Source: Candidatus Magasanikbacteria bacterium RIFCSPHIGHO2_02_FULL_48_18
GTDB taxonomy: Bacteria > Patescibacteriota > Patescibacteriia > Magasanikbacterales > UBA922
Assembly (NCBI GenBank): GCA_001784285.1
Contig: MFQC01000007.1
Location: 4,197-68,196, forward strand
Length of the DNA: 64,000 nucleotides
Reading direction: 5' to 3'
In this document: in pieces, positions 1 through 10,804 of the stretch
Layout: every line of letters begins with the position of its first letter
Numbering within the stretch: position 1 is the stretch's first letter
Made by a program: the position numbers and the translations under genes
The notes under the pieces: generated by a model
Seen by the model: only the letters and a program-made list of their open reading frames with translations
Told to the model about the DNA's origin: nothing
Database searches by the model: none

Positions 1-1057
1 TTTCCGGAAAAAAAAGCAGGGAAAGACCGGCGAGCTGGGCAAAAAATATCGATGAAGTGTACTGAGGAAAAAACCATCGAAACAAAAACGGAACGAGAAG
101 AATGTACAAAATGGTCGGAATGACGACGAGGGGCGCGCTTTGCATGATTTTTTTGGGAAGTGTTTTTCGAATCAACCGAATGTCTTTGTTGGCAAATTTG
201 GGCAACGAAAGATTGACGATGGATTTAATGAGGGTTTTGACGGGATTGAGCGGCGCCAACGCAAACCAATAGATGGCAACTGTTGTAGCGCCCAGGAAAT
301 TTCCCAGAAGGAGGATATCGAGCTGGCTTGCGATTGTGCCAACAACGGCTATAACACTTAAATGTTTTCCGTACGAAATAGTATCCTTGTTAAGGATGTC
401 CGCTGTCTCAGCCACGGCTTCGCTTTTGCGGTACACAATCATGCGGAAGAACACCGTTGCCGCCAAATAGCTGGCGAGCAAGAAAAGAACATGGTCGGTC
501 AAAAAAAGGGTGATGATGGTTGCAAGAACGGTTCCGGCATGGATGAGGACGTTATATTTCGTAAGGAGGTCAAACCGTTTCTGGCCTTGCAGGCGGCCAT
601 TATAGATCGTGAAGGAATCCATAAATGGCACAATGATTGCCGCCATGAAAAAAGCCATCATAAAGATGCTGTTTCCCCGTATGCCGTAATATGCGGCCAA
701 AATCATGCTCAGTATTCCTCCAATCAATCCCCATGTGATTTTTTCTGTGAGCGCTCGTTTGAGCGATCCCCGAAATCCTTGCGCCACCGTTCTCATAACC
801 GACATATTCATGCCGGGCAAGGAAAAAATTGCAAGTGTCCCAATAATAACAAGGATATATTTATATGTTCCATACGTTTCCGGAGAAAGCAGATTGCCAA
901 AAGCGACTGCCGATAGGAGAGAAAGAACGGCCGAAATGGCCTGGCTCGTCGTGAGCCAAAATGTGCCATGAGCGACATACACCATGTCGGTTTTGGTGAT
1001 TTTTTGGCTCCACACAAGCACTTTCTTGATTTTTTGTTTTATTGTGCTACACTGCAT
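1..1057 (-). CDS. oligosaccharide flippase (Wzx-like), 3' end runs off the window
   Basis: Manual translation (absent from ORF track): MQCSTIKQKIKKVLVWSQKITKTDMVYVAHGTFWLTTSQAISAVLSLLSAVAFGNLLSPETYGTYKY, then hydrophobic helices and SQLDILLLGNFLGATTVAIY; alternative start at 985. Confidence 0.8.
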   Translation of the reverse strand, partial: MQCSTIKQKIKKVLVWSQKITKTDMVYVAHGTFWLTTSQAISAVLSLLSAVAFGNLLSPETYGTYKYILVIIGTLAIFSLPGMNMSVMRTVAQGFRGSLKRALTEKITWGLIGGILSMILAAYYGIRGNSIFMMAFFMAAIIVPFMDSFTIYNGRLQGQKRFDLLTKYNVLIHAGTVLATIITLFLTDHVLFLLASYLAATVFFRMIVYRKSEAVAETADILNKDTISYGKHLSVIAVVGTIASQLDILLLGNFLGATTVAIYWFALAPLNPVKTLIKSIVNLSLPKFANKDIRLIRKTLPKKIMQSAPLVVIPTILYILLVPFLFRWFFPQYTSSIFFAQLAGLSLLFFPE

Positions 1058-1074
1058 ACAATTCTTTTTTCGCT

Positions 1075-2475
1075 ATGAATATTCTCTATATTGGGGCCGG
1101 GTTTGTCGGTTCATCGTCTGCCGCGGTTTCCGCGGATAGCGGGCACCAGGTTTTGGTGTATGATGTTGATGAACAAAAAATAGAGAAATTAGGATCGAAA
1201 AATCGAGAAATGATTGAGTCGTGTCTGTTTGAAGAGGGGTTAAGCGAACTCTTGATTCGCCACAAAAATCGTATTGAGTTTACCACAGACTATGAGAAAG
1301 TGGAAGGTTTTTTACATACGTGCGACGCCGTGTTTATGTGCCTGCCGACGCCGGAAATCGGCGAGACAGGAGAAAGCGATCTCCGCTATTATCTCAAAGC
1401 GGCCGAAACATTGGCCGAGGCACTGCAGAAACGAAACAATGGAGCGCAAGAAACCTATGTGGTGATTGTCAATAAAAGCACGGTTCCCATTGATATGGTG
1501 GATACGACGGGCGAAATTATGAAGCGTTTTCATGTTACAAACTATGGTATTGTATCGAATCCTGAATTTTTGGTTGAGGGAAAAGCGATCTCAGGATCGC
1601 TCAAGCCGGATCGTGTTGTCATTGGAGCGTGGAGCGAGCGTGATTTTGCTGTCATGCGCAATGTCTATCGCCGTTTTTATGACGCGCCAAGCGTGGAGTA
1701 CATTGAAGTCAACCCAAAGGAAGCCGCGGCTGGGAAGCTCCTGGCGAATTTTTATTTATTCAATAAGCTCGCGGTTTGCTTTGACGTCATCGGGCGCACC
1801 TGTGAGTCGTTTGATGGATTGCATTTTGAACATATCAGAAAAATTTTGACGAGCGACCCCCGCATTGGTTCTTGGGGATTGTATGACAGCCTCTATGCGG
1901 GAGGAAGCTGTTTTATCAAAGACGCACGGTCGCTTTCTCACCAATTGCAAACTGTGGGGGAAAATGCCGGGCTGGTGCACGAAACACATCTCGCCAACAA
2001 ACGTCAATTGGAGCATTTTTTGGGCCGGGCGGTGAAAGACGCTCGCATCGAGTGGGGGGGAAAACGAGTTGCATTGCTTGGAACGTCGTTTAAGCGCGAT
2101 ACGAATGATATTCGCAATTCTCCGAGTATTGATATCGTGCATATCTTGGAAGAACAGGGAGTCGGGGGAATTCGGATATATGATCCGGCCGGAATGGATA
2201 ATTTTAAAATAGTGTTTCCGGAATCTTCTCATATTCAGTATGCCGCGCACGAGTTTGAGGCTGTCAAAAATGCTGATGTCATTCTTATTGCCACCGATTG
2301 GCCTCAGTTTCGCGGGCTCGCGGATATGATTATGGCCGAGGCGCACAATCGGCCGCTTATTATGGATGGACGGAGAATATTACAGCATCGCTATAACGAT
2401 TTGCAAAAAGCGGGATATGATATTATTGCCGTGGGCAGTCCTTTTTTGAAATCCGCATCGGTTTTCCATTCCTAA
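1075..2475 (+). CDS. ugd: UDP-glucose 6-dehydrogenase
   Basis: GAGFVG Rossmann motif, NKSTVP, SNPEFLVEG, catalytic GGSCFIKD, FKRDTNDIRNSP. Confidence 0.9.
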   Translation: MNILYIGAGFVGSSSAAVSADSGHQVLVYDVDEQKIEKLGSKNREMIESCLFEEGLSELLIRHKNRIEFTTDYEKVEGFLHTCDAVFMCLPTPEIGETGESDLRYYLKAAETLAEALQKRNNGAQETYVVIVNKSTVPIDMVDTTGEIMKRFHVTNYGIVSNPEFLVEGKAISGSLKPDRVVIGAWSERDFAVMRNVYRRFYDAPSVEYIEVNPKEAAAGKLLANFYLFNKLAVCFDVIGRTCESFDGLHFEHIRKILTSDPRIGSWGLYDSLYAGGSCFIKDARSLSHQLQTVGENAGLVHETHLANKRQLEHFLGRAVKDARIEWGGKRVALLGTSFKRDTNDIRNSPSIDIVHILEEQGVGGIRIYDPAGMDNFKIVFPESSHIQYAAHEFEAVKNADVILIATDWPQFRGLADMIMAEAHNRPLIMDGRRILQHRYNDLQKAGYDIIAVGSPFLKSASVFHS

Positions 2476-2484
2476 CATTTTTAT

Positions 2485-3789
2485 ATGACATTGTTTGATG
2501 CGTTGGCAACTCGCACAGAAAGCATATGCGTGGTTGGCCTTGGCTATGTGGGCTTGCCGCTCGCCGTATTTTTATCAAAACGTTTTTCCGTTATCGGGTT
2601 TGATATCAATGGAAAAAGAATTGAAGAACTCGCAAAAGGCCACGATACGACCGATGAAGTGAATGATCACGATCTTCAATCTGCCTCGATTATCTACACG
2701 ACCAATCCGGAAGACATCGCGAAAGCGCGGTTCATTATCGTGGCAGTGCCGACTCCGGTCGATCACTATCTCAATCCCGATTTGACGCTCGTTGAAAAAG
2801 CCTCGGAGATGGTTGGGAGTCATCTGTCTCCCGGCTCAATTGTGGTCTATGAATCAACCGTCTATCCCGGCGTTACGGAAGATATCTGCGTTCCCATTTT
2901 GGAACGATTCTCTCGTCTTCGCGCGGGTGTTGATTTTTTTGTCGGGTACTCTCCGGAGAGAGTCAATCCCGGGGACAAAGAGCACACAATTGACCGCGTC
3001 ACAAAAGTGGTTTCCGGAATGGACGATCCGACGCTTGACTGCATCGCATCGGTGTACGGAGCAATCACCACCGTGTTTCGCGCCCGCTCTATTCGCGTGG
3101 CTGAAGCGGCCAAAGTGATTGAAAATACCCAGCGTGATTTGAATATCGCGCTTATGAATGAGTTGGCGGTTTTGTTTCATGCGCTCGGAATCAGCGTGTA
3201 TGATGTGCTTGACGCGGCAAAAACAAAGTGGAATTTTTTGCCGTTTTCTCCGGGATTGGTTGGCGGGCATTGCATTGGTGTGGATCCGTATTATCTCACA
3301 TATAAAGCGAAGGAAGTCGGATATGAGGCAAAGGTCATTCTCGCCGGTCGAGGCATTAACGATAGCATGCACAAATTTATCGCAGAACAAATTGTGAAAG
3401 AAATGGTTAAAATGGGAAAGACGGTGCGTGATTCTCGTTTTGTTATTTTGGGCATCACGTTTAAAGAGAATGTCCCGGATATTCGAAATTCAAAAGTTGC
3501 CGAACTGTATAAAGAACTCAAGGATTTTGGCGTGAACCCACTGGTCTATGACCCGATTGCGGACAAAGAGGAGGTTGCGCGCGAGTATGGAATTCCGCTC
3601 GCCCATCGAAACGATTTGGTCGGCGCCGATACGCTCATTTTGGCTGTGGCGCATGATGTCTTTCGAGCATTGGATATTTCCGATTTGAAGTCTATGATGA
3701 ATAATGATAATCTTCTTTTTGCGGATATCAAACATCTCTTTGAGCGGGATGCCATTGAGTCGCAGGGCATTCATTATTGGACTCTTTAA
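2485..3789 (+). CDS. UDP-N-acetylhexosamine dehydrogenase (WbpO/TviB-like)
   Basis: GLGYVGLP, YESTVYPG, YSPERVNPGD, GGHCIGVDPYYL, FKENVPDIRNS. Confidence 0.9.
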   Translation: MTLFDALATRTESICVVGLGYVGLPLAVFLSKRFSVIGFDINGKRIEELAKGHDTTDEVNDHDLQSASIIYTTNPEDIAKARFIIVAVPTPVDHYLNPDLTLVEKASEMVGSHLSPGSIVVYESTVYPGVTEDICVPILERFSRLRAGVDFFVGYSPERVNPGDKEHTIDRVTKVVSGMDDPTLDCIASVYGAITTVFRARSIRVAEAAKVIENTQRDLNIALMNELAVLFHALGISVYDVLDAAKTKWNFLPFSPGLVGGHCIGVDPYYLTYKAKEVGYEAKVILAGRGINDSMHKFIAEQIVKEMVKMGKTVRDSRFVILGITFKENVPDIRNSKVAELYKELKDFGVNPLVYDPIADKEEVAREYGIPLAHRNDLVGADTLILAVAHDVFRALDISDLKSMMNNDNLLFADIKHLFERDAIESQGIHYWTL

Positions 3790-3801
3790 TAATTCTCTTG
3801 T

Positions 3802-4728
3802 ATGGCTTCAGAAAAAAAACAGTATTTGGTCACCGGCGGCGCGGGATTTATCGGAACCAATCTTGTTATTCAGCTCCTTGAGGCGGGCCACCAGGTGCGG
3901 GTTATCGACAATTACGCGGGAGGCAAAAAACCGGAGCGTCTTCAGGAGGGTGTGGAATATCTGGAAGGGGATATCCGCAGTATGGACGACCTCAACCAAG
4001 CAATGGCTGGGATTGACGGCGTGTTTCATCTCGCCGCGCTTCCGCGCGTCACGTATTCGGTGGAACATCCGCAAGAGACGCATGATGTGAACGTCAATGG
4101 AACACTGAATGTGCTTCTTGCCGCGCGCGACAACCATGTCCGGCGTGTCGTTTTTTCTTCTTCCTCATCCACGTATGGCAATCAAGAGACATATCCTCTC
4201 GTTGAAGACGCTATGGTCAAAAAGCCCATTGCGCCATACGCATTGCATAAATTTATCGGTGAAGAATATTGCCGGCTTTTTTTTGAACTCTACGGTCTTC
4301 AAACCGTGAGTCTTATTTATTTCAACGTGTATGGACCGTTTTGCGACCCAAACGGCGCGTATGCCCTGGTTATCGGAAAATTTCTTCAGCAAGTACGGAA
4401 TGGCGAACCCATGAGTGTCTGCGGCGATGGCGAATATTATCGTGATTATACCCATGTTTCCGATGTCGCCCGCGCCAATATCTTGGCGATGACCGCAGAT
4501 ATCGTTGGAAAAGGGGAAACAATCAATATCGGCAATCACGATCCTCATTCGGTCAATGAGATTGTCAGCTTGATTGGGGGCGAAGCGATCCGCATGCCGG
4601 AAAGGCCCGGGGATGTGCGGTACACGGAAGCCGATATCGCGAAAGCAAAAGCATTGCTGGGGTGGGAGCCGCGTGTCAGTTTTGAAGAAGGTATTCGAGC
4701 GCTGAAGCACGAGTGGGGCATTGCGTAG
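3802..4728 (+). CDS. NAD-dependent nucleotide-sugar epimerase/dehydratase
   Basis: TGGAGFIG, SSSSTYG, YxxxK (YALHK), YFNVYGP. Confidence 0.9.
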   Translation: MASEKKQYLVTGGAGFIGTNLVIQLLEAGHQVRVIDNYAGGKKPERLQEGVEYLEGDIRSMDDLNQAMAGIDGVFHLAALPRVTYSVEHPQETHDVNVNGTLNVLLAARDNHVRRVVFSSSSSTYGNQETYPLVEDAMVKKPIAPYALHKFIGEEYCRLFFELYGLQTVSLIYFNVYGPFCDPNGAYALVIGKFLQQVRNGEPMSVCGDGEYYRDYTHVSDVARANILAMTADIVGKGETINIGNHDPHSVNEIVSLIGGEAIRMPERPGDVRYTEADIAKAKALLGWEPRVSFEEGIRALKHEWGIA

Positions 4729-4735
4729 TTTCCCG

Positions 4736-6127
4736 CTATTGTCCCAAACCCCGCAATATCACATTGATCGTCCGAAGAAGAATAGACAGGTCGAGAATCA
4801 ACGATCTGTTTTTTATATAATACAAATCGTATTGCAGTTTTTGCAGGGATAATTCGAGAGTATCGGTATAATTTTGATGAAGCACTGCCCAACTGGTGAG
4901 TCCCGGCCTGACCACATGGCGGAGGGGGTAATACGGCATGCGCGCTTCCAGTTTTTCCACAATTTCCGGCCGCTCCGGTCGCGGGCCAATGAGGGTAATG
5001 TCGCGGCGCAGTAAATTCCAGCTTTGAGGCAATTCATCAAGACGGGTTTTTCGCAAGAATTTTCCAATCGGGGTTATCCTTGTATCTCCTTTTTTTGCAA
5101 ATTGTACGCCTTCTGTTTCCGCGCTACCATCTTTGGAGAGCGCATACATGGACCGGAATTTATACAAGAAAAACACGACACCGTTTTTTCCTGCCCGTTT
5201 TTGTTTTATGAGCACAGGACCGCGGGAGGTTGTTTTGATGAAGAACGCCAAAAACGGGAACAATGCAAGAAAGAAAGTCCCAAGAACGAGAGAGGCGACA
5301 ATATCAACCATGCCACGGAATCGTTCATACATGGGTCGCCGTGTATTTTTAAGATGATCCAAAAACCATCCTTCGGAGAATGTTGAGGGCGGAATTCTTC
5401 CTGTAAGCAATTCATAAAAGGAAGTGAGATCGTTTACTTGAATAGGATAAAACAACAGCTGATACAATTCTTGGAGCGCTTTGGTGTCTTTACGAAGGTG
5501 GGGGGCGATAATAATCAGTTGGGCGTGATGCCGTTCCGTAATGGAACGAATATCCGAGAGTTCATGGTAGACGGAGTATGAATGCGTGTTTTCCGCGGGC
5601 CCCTCCATGGTTGGGTCAATGAGCGCGACCACGCGGTATCCTTTTTCCGGGTGAGCAAAAAGGAGGTCGATGAGCTCATTGGTTTCGGCTGTTCGGCCGA
5701 CAAAGACGACATTGACGAGCAATGCTTCTGACAAGAGCAATGCATGAAAAGCAATGCGCCAGAGAGCGCTCAGTCCATACCCAAACAATACCGACAAGAC
5801 TAGGATGGTTTTTGGAGTAATGGAACGGCTCGGGATGCTATAAAAGAAGATGACGCTGAAAACCGTACTCATGAACGCGGCTTCCATGAATCGGCGATAC
5901 CACCCTCGCACGGTGGCTTGCCGTTCCAGATCATAGAGGCCGTTGATGTAATTGACCAATAGCCACAATACAAACACGATGCCAAAGAGCGCCGTGTGCT
6001 GTTGTATCTTGACTCCGGAAGGAATTGTCCAATATCGGATGGTGAGCGCCAATACAAAACCACATCCGAAAGAAAGTAGGTCGCCAAGGGCAAGTGTGAG
6101 TTGTTTGATGCGGTAGGACAGCGGCAT
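4736..6127 (-). CDS. priming polyprenyl glycosylphosphotransferase (WcaJ/WbaP-like)
   Basis: N-terminal TM helices; YKFRSM, LRKTRLDELPQ, GPRPE, RPGLTSWA, YDLYYI. Confidence 0.9.
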   Translation of the reverse strand: MPLSYRIKQLTLALGDLLSFGCGFVLALTIRYWTIPSGVKIQQHTALFGIVFVLWLLVNYINGLYDLERQATVRGWYRRFMEAAFMSTVFSVIFFYSIPSRSITPKTILVLSVLFGYGLSALWRIAFHALLLSEALLVNVVFVGRTAETNELIDLLFAHPEKGYRVVALIDPTMEGPAENTHSYSVYHELSDIRSITERHHAQLIIIAPHLRKDTKALQELYQLLFYPIQVNDLTSFYELLTGRIPPSTFSEGWFLDHLKNTRRPMYERFRGMVDIVASLVLGTFFLALFPFLAFFIKTTSRGPVLIKQKRAGKNGVVFFLYKFRSMYALSKDGSAETEGVQFAKKGDTRITPIGKFLRKTRLDELPQSWNLLRRDITLIGPRPERPEIVEKLEARMPYYPLRHVVRPGLTSWAVLHQNYTDTLELSLQKLQYDLYYIKNRSLILDLSILLRTINVILRGLGQ

Positions 6128-6187
6128 AGTTGTGGGACAGCATTGGGTCTGGTATACTACCTCCAACATCCAGAGAATATCAGGATT

Positions 6188-7723
6188 ATGAGAAAAAATC
6201 AACCTTTTTTTATTATTGCTCTTACCATTTTTTGCGTTATTCTTTCGCTTTTTTTTGTTTTCCAGGATCCTCTCATAACGGTTGCGGCGCCCCAGGGTCC
6301 TTTGCTCAGTATTCTCAAGGGCAAAACCAGCACCAAGGAGAGGACACTGACACTGTATCTCACCGGTCCTGAAAATGTAAAAGAAATGAAAATTTCAAAT
6401 GAAGTGGATTTTCCGGGCGCAAAATGGGAGCCATTTCAAAAACAAAAGGAGTGGACCTTAGACTACGGCACAGGGACCAAAACGGTCTATGCAAAGTTTA
6501 AAGATAAAAAAAATAAAGAATCCAATATTGTAAAAGACACGATTCTTTTGGATATCCCCAAAGACATGGATGTGGATTTTACCATCAATAAAAAAGCAAA
6601 AGATACGAACTCGCGTTATGTTTTTCTCGAGCTCACGTATTCTTCGGGGGTGGAAACCTTTGCTATAAGCAACACCAAGGATTTTGACCTTGCGACCGAA
6701 GCATTTGTCCAGAAAGAAGTTCCTTGGATTTTATCTTCCGGTTCAGGAGAAAAAACTGTCTTTATTCGGTTTAAAGACGCGAACAAAAAATATATCACCG
6801 TGTCGAAAAAAATTACGTACACCCAAAAAGAGCCGTTTGTTGAGGCCGGGAGCGTGCTGGTCGGACAGTCTGATTATATTTATTATATGGGATTTGACGG
6901 AAGGCTTCATCTTTTTCCAAGCATCCATGTGTTTCATTCCTGGTATGACTCCTTTGAGGATGTTTTTTTTGTCAGCGATCAAAAAATTAAAGAATATCAG
7001 ATTGGATCTCCCGTGTGTGTTCGGCCGGGAACATGGTTGCTGTCTTTTGCCGGGTCGTCGCGAGTCTATGCCGTCGAGCCGGGGTGCCAATTGCGACCCC
7101 TTATGTCCGAAACAGAGGCTGGCATCCTCTATGGATCAAATTGGAACGAGCGCCACCTTATGGTTGATACGCTTGAGAGCAGTTTTTATACGATCGTCAA
7201 CTCTGGCCCGGGCGCTCCGGCCAAACAAGGGACTGATAAAGACGCGGACGGGCTGGATGCGGACACTGAAAAAGAGTATGGATCGTCTGATTCCAAAAGA
7301 GACACGGACGCGGACGGGTTGAGCGATTATGAAGAAATTTTGTATTGGTTCACAGATCCAACCAAGAGCGATAGCGACGGCGACGGTGTGAGCGACGATA
7401 TTGAAGCCTCTTTGGGGCTGTCTCCGCTTATGATGGAAGAAGATGGCACTCTCAAAGAAGGCACTTATACCTTTCCTGCAGGCACCGTCTTTTATCACTC
7501 AAAAAAGAAACAGTATTATTACCGCCATTCCAATGGGAATGATTACGCGCTTGGGTCAAATAAGGCGGCAAAATCGTTTATCGATGCGGTTCCGCAGTCC
7601 GCGTTTGCGGCAATGCCGTCCTTTGATATGCCGGTGTCAAAGAAAATTCTCAATCTTCCCGGCGCTTTGGAAGAATTGCGATATCCTACCATTCGGGTTA
7701 AGAATCACACTATTCCTCTTTGA
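6188..7723 (+). CDS. membrane-anchored surface protein with two Ig-like repeats and Ca-binding DxDxDG repeats
   Basis: N-terminal TM; duplicated ISN..DF...W.L..G.G.KTV...FKD unit; DKDADGLDAD, DTDADGLSDYEE, DSDGDGVSDDIE. Confidence 0.65.
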   Translation: MRKNQPFFIIALTIFCVILSLFFVFQDPLITVAAPQGPLLSILKGKTSTKERTLTLYLTGPENVKEMKISNEVDFPGAKWEPFQKQKEWTLDYGTGTKTVYAKFKDKKNKESNIVKDTILLDIPKDMDVDFTINKKAKDTNSRYVFLELTYSSGVETFAISNTKDFDLATEAFVQKEVPWILSSGSGEKTVFIRFKDANKKYITVSKKITYTQKEPFVEAGSVLVGQSDYIYYMGFDGRLHLFPSIHVFHSWYDSFEDVFFVSDQKIKEYQIGSPVCVRPGTWLLSFAGSSRVYAVEPGCQLRPLMSETEAGILYGSNWNERHLMVDTLESSFYTIVNSGPGAPAKQGTDKDADGLDADTEKEYGSSDSKRDTDADGLSDYEEILYWFTDPTKSDSDGDGVSDDIEASLGLSPLMMEEDGTLKEGTYTFPAGTVFYHSKKKQYYYRHSNGNDYALGSNKAAKSFIDAVPQSAFAAMPSFDMPVSKKILNLPGALEELRYPTIRVKNHTIPL

Positions 7724-7781
7724 TCGTTATCCAAAGATTGGGGTCTGTAAAATACATATTTTAAAAACGACACGTATCACT

Positions 7782-9743
7782 ATGAAGAAAATTCTTTTTT
7801 TTATTTTTCCTTTTTTTTCCTTATGCTTGCCGGTTGCGGCATTAGCAAAAATTCCGAACGATCCTTTTGCCGCGCAATGGGCGTTTGAACATATTTATGC
7901 TACGGAGGCATGGGATATCACGACGGGCTCAAAGGACGTGGTCGTGGCGATTATTGACAATGGATTTGACACATTCCATCCGGATCTTGAGTCCAATGTG
8001 TGGGTCAATACAAAAGAAATCGCCGACGATGGCATAGACAACGACAAAAACGGCTATATTGACGACGTCTACGGCTGGAATTTTTTTGACAACAACAATG
8101 ATCCTCGTCCGCCGGTTGCCGAATTGAGCCAAGAGGAGAAAAATGAAGGTATTATGAGCCATGGGACGGTGGTTGCCGGCCTTATTGGAGCGGTTGGCAA
8201 CAATAACCGTGATGGCGTCGGCCTTAATTGGAAGGTGAAAATCATGAATGTCAAAGTGATTGGCAATGAAGGGAGTGGAGAAATAAAGCCGCTTTCCGAG
8301 GCAATACAGTATGCGATAAACAATGGCGCCGATATTATCAACGTGAGCATGGTTGGAGATCCGGATTCATCACTCAAAAAGGCGATTGATGATGCGTATG
8401 ACAAAGGCGTGCTTATTGTGGCCGCGGCCGGGAATACGTCTCAGTATCTCAACCTGTCTCCCCTTTACCCAGTCTGTGTTGACGCGAATCAGCCGTTTGA
8501 TTCGGTGATCGGGGTGAGCGCCATAGACAAGAGCCACCGTATAGCGTCTTTTTCCAATACCGGATCTTCTTGTATTGACATTACGGCTCCCGGAGTGGAT
8601 ATATATAGCACCGTGCGATATTCCCCAAACAATGGGTTAACCGAGTCATATGAAGGAGGATGGAACGGAACTTCCTTCGCGGCGCCGCTCGTATCAGGAG
8701 CCGCCGCCTTGATCAAGGCCATCCAGCCAGGATGGACCGGCAAAGAAATTGCTCACGCCATATTACAAACGACGCATCACACCCTATCGGACGATGAAGC
8801 CGGATATGCGGACTTGTTTGGAGCGGGACTGCTCCAAGTGAACAAAGCGGTTGCGTACGCATTAGGAGAGAAACAAACATTGTCGATGTCTCTGGGGTCT
8901 TTGGCTGTGGTAAAACCAAAAACAGGAGAAGTGAGTGAAAAAAAAGTGGGTGAAAATACCGTCGCCATAACCGCCGTTCCCGCCGTGAAAGGCGCAAACA
9001 AGGTTGCGACCTTTATGGACGAGGGGAAAATACGCCATACAACCATCAAATATATTGCGGGGAAAAAATGGAGAGTGTCTCTTTACACCGATGATTGGGA
9101 AAAAATCGTTTCTTGGTTTGTCCAATCGTCTTTTGCCCCTGATATTGCAGGGGGTGCGGTTGGCAAAGGGGGGAGTGCTACCGTCTTTGTTGCGATTCCA
9201 GGCGCCAAGACCACCACCATCGAGGCATATACCACTCAAGGAAAAAAACAATACGCATTTTCTTTTTCTACCGAGGCGCCGATTGCAAGTATTGCGGTTG
9301 TTCCTGCCGCGTCAGAAGAGCCTGGCGCGCTTCTTTCTCTTTTTTCTCAAAAAGGGGTGATTCATGTCGGTCAGTATGATACGGAAGGAAAATCCGTGCA
9401 AACACTCGCGACCACTCTTCCTTTGTCGCCATACGCGCGGGTGATTGTGGCTGATATGGATAATGACGGGAAAAACGAATACGTCGTGAGCGGTCATGAC
9501 CGCATCGTCATTATGAACCAAAAAGGAACAGTCGCAAAAACCATATTTCCTTATGGAGATGCGGCTGGCGAAGGATTTGACCTTGCGGTTACTGATTATG
9601 ATACCAATGGAAAACCGGATATTTTGGTTGTGCCATTCCAAGGGGGAGGCATGGCGCGAATTTTTGATGGAAAAGGGAAAAAAATCATGCAATGGTGGCC
9701 ATTTGAAAAGAATGCGGCCGGTCCGTTTTTTCTCCTGCAGTAA
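7782..9743 (+). CDS. secreted S8 subtilisin-like protease with C-terminal FG-GAP-like repeats
   Basis: Signal peptide; triad VAIIDNG / HGTVVAG / GTSFAAP; ADMDNDGKNE and DYDTNGKPDI. Confidence 0.9.
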   Translation: MKKILFFIFPFFSLCLPVAALAKIPNDPFAAQWAFEHIYATEAWDITTGSKDVVVAIIDNGFDTFHPDLESNVWVNTKEIADDGIDNDKNGYIDDVYGWNFFDNNNDPRPPVAELSQEEKNEGIMSHGTVVAGLIGAVGNNNRDGVGLNWKVKIMNVKVIGNEGSGEIKPLSEAIQYAINNGADIINVSMVGDPDSSLKKAIDDAYDKGVLIVAAAGNTSQYLNLSPLYPVCVDANQPFDSVIGVSAIDKSHRIASFSNTGSSCIDITAPGVDIYSTVRYSPNNGLTESYEGGWNGTSFAAPLVSGAAALIKAIQPGWTGKEIAHAILQTTHHTLSDDEAGYADLFGAGLLQVNKAVAYALGEKQTLSMSLGSLAVVKPKTGEVSEKKVGENTVAITAVPAVKGANKVATFMDEGKIRHTTIKYIAGKKWRVSLYTDDWEKIVSWFVQSSFAPDIAGGAVGKGGSATVFVAIPGAKTTTIEAYTTQGKKQYAFSFSTEAPIASIAVVPAASEEPGALLSLFSQKGVIHVGQYDTEGKSVQTLATTLPLSPYARVIVADMDNDGKNEYVVSGHDRIVIMNQKGTVAKTIFPYGDAAGEGFDLAVTDYDTNGKPDILVVPFQGGGMARIFDGKGKKIMQWWPFEKNAAGPFFLLQ

Positions 9744-9770
9744 GCCCTCGTTGCGGCGCACCTTTTGGGG

Positions 9771-9799
9771 TTGACACGTTTCTGCTTTTTGTATATACT
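9771..9799 (+). promoter_or_regulatory. sigma70 promoter for rplU
   Basis: TTGACA-17bp-TATACT; leader hairpin at 9809-9836. Confidence 0.7.
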
Positions 9800-9866
9800 A
9801 TTGCCACAGTTTTGGCGGTATAGTGTTTGCCAAAATCGTCCTCTTGACATGTTTTATTTTTGTCCT

Positions 9867-10172
9867 ATGATCGCAGTTATCGAGACCGGCGGGAAACAGT
9901 ACATGATTCACACCGGCGGCGCGCTCAAAATAGAAAAATTAGATGCCGAGCCTGGCAAAGAGATTGTCTTTGATAAAGTACTTCTTTTGGTAAAAGATGA
10001 TGGAACCGATCTTCAGGTGGGCGCCCCATATCTGAGCGGGGTGACCATTGCCGCGTCGGTCGAGGCTCAGGGGCGAAGTAAAAAAGTGCGTGTGGTCAAA
10101 TTTAAACGAAAGGTTCGGTACAAACGCGTCCACGGGCATCGCCAGCATTTTACCAAAGTCGTCGTCAAATAA
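9867..10172 (+). CDS. rplU: 50S ribosomal protein L21
   Basis: MIAVIETGGKQY ... GHRQHFT. Confidence 0.97.
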   Translation: MIAVIETGGKQYMIHTGGALKIEKLDAEPGKEIVFDKVLLLVKDDGTDLQVGAPYLSGVTIAASVEAQGRSKKVRVVKFKRKVRYKRVHGHRQHFTKVVVK

Positions 10173-10184
10173 AACTCATTCAAT

Positions 10185-10790
10185 TCAGCTTACTTGTCGA
10201 TGTTTGAGCGCGCTTCCGAGCGTGATGTCGTCGGCGTATTGGAGGTCGGCTCCCATAGGGAGGCCTCGTGCCAGTCGGGAGATGGTAAGGGTTGGATTTA
10301 TTGCTTTGCATTTTTTTTCCAAAAACATCATGGTGGTTTCCCCGGCCAGATTGGGATTGAGCGCAAGAATAATTTCTCGGATTGGCGAGGTTTGTGTTGC
10401 GATGCGTTCAAAAAGTTCCGGTATTTTCGTTTTATGCATGGTTTCTTCGTCATCAGGGGTGAGGAGGCCGCGCAGGATATGATATCGGCCTGTATATTGA
10501 CCGGTTCGTTCAATCGTGGCGGCGTCTTGCGATTCCTGCACAATACAGAGCATGGTCGGATCCCGTTTTTTATCTAGGCAAATGGCGCACGGGCTTCGAT
10601 CCGAAAAATCCCAGCAGATCTCGCAACTTTTGACCGTTTCAATGAGATTTTTTAATGCAACAGTGAGCTCGGCCGCGTCTTTTTTGCCGGATTTCAAAAG
10701 GTGGAAGACAAACCGCTCGGCGGTTCGCTGTCCCACGCCGGGCAATGTGGCAAATGCCCGAATCAAATTGTGAATTGGGATGGGGTACAT
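10185..10790 (-). CDS. recR: recombination mediator RecR
   Basis: LPGVGQRTAER HhH, CxxC...CxxC zinc finger, RLARGLPMGADLQYADDITL. Confidence 0.95.
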   Translation of the reverse strand: MYPIPIHNLIRAFATLPGVGQRTAERFVFHLLKSGKKDAAELTVALKNLIETVKSCEICWDFSDRSPCAICLDKKRDPTMLCIVQESQDAATIERTGQYTGRYHILRGLLTPDDEETMHKTKIPELFERIATQTSPIREIILALNPNLAGETTMMFLEKKCKAINPTLTISRLARGLPMGADLQYADDITLGSALKHRQVS

Positions 10791-10804
10791 GACAGAGGCA
10801 ATGG

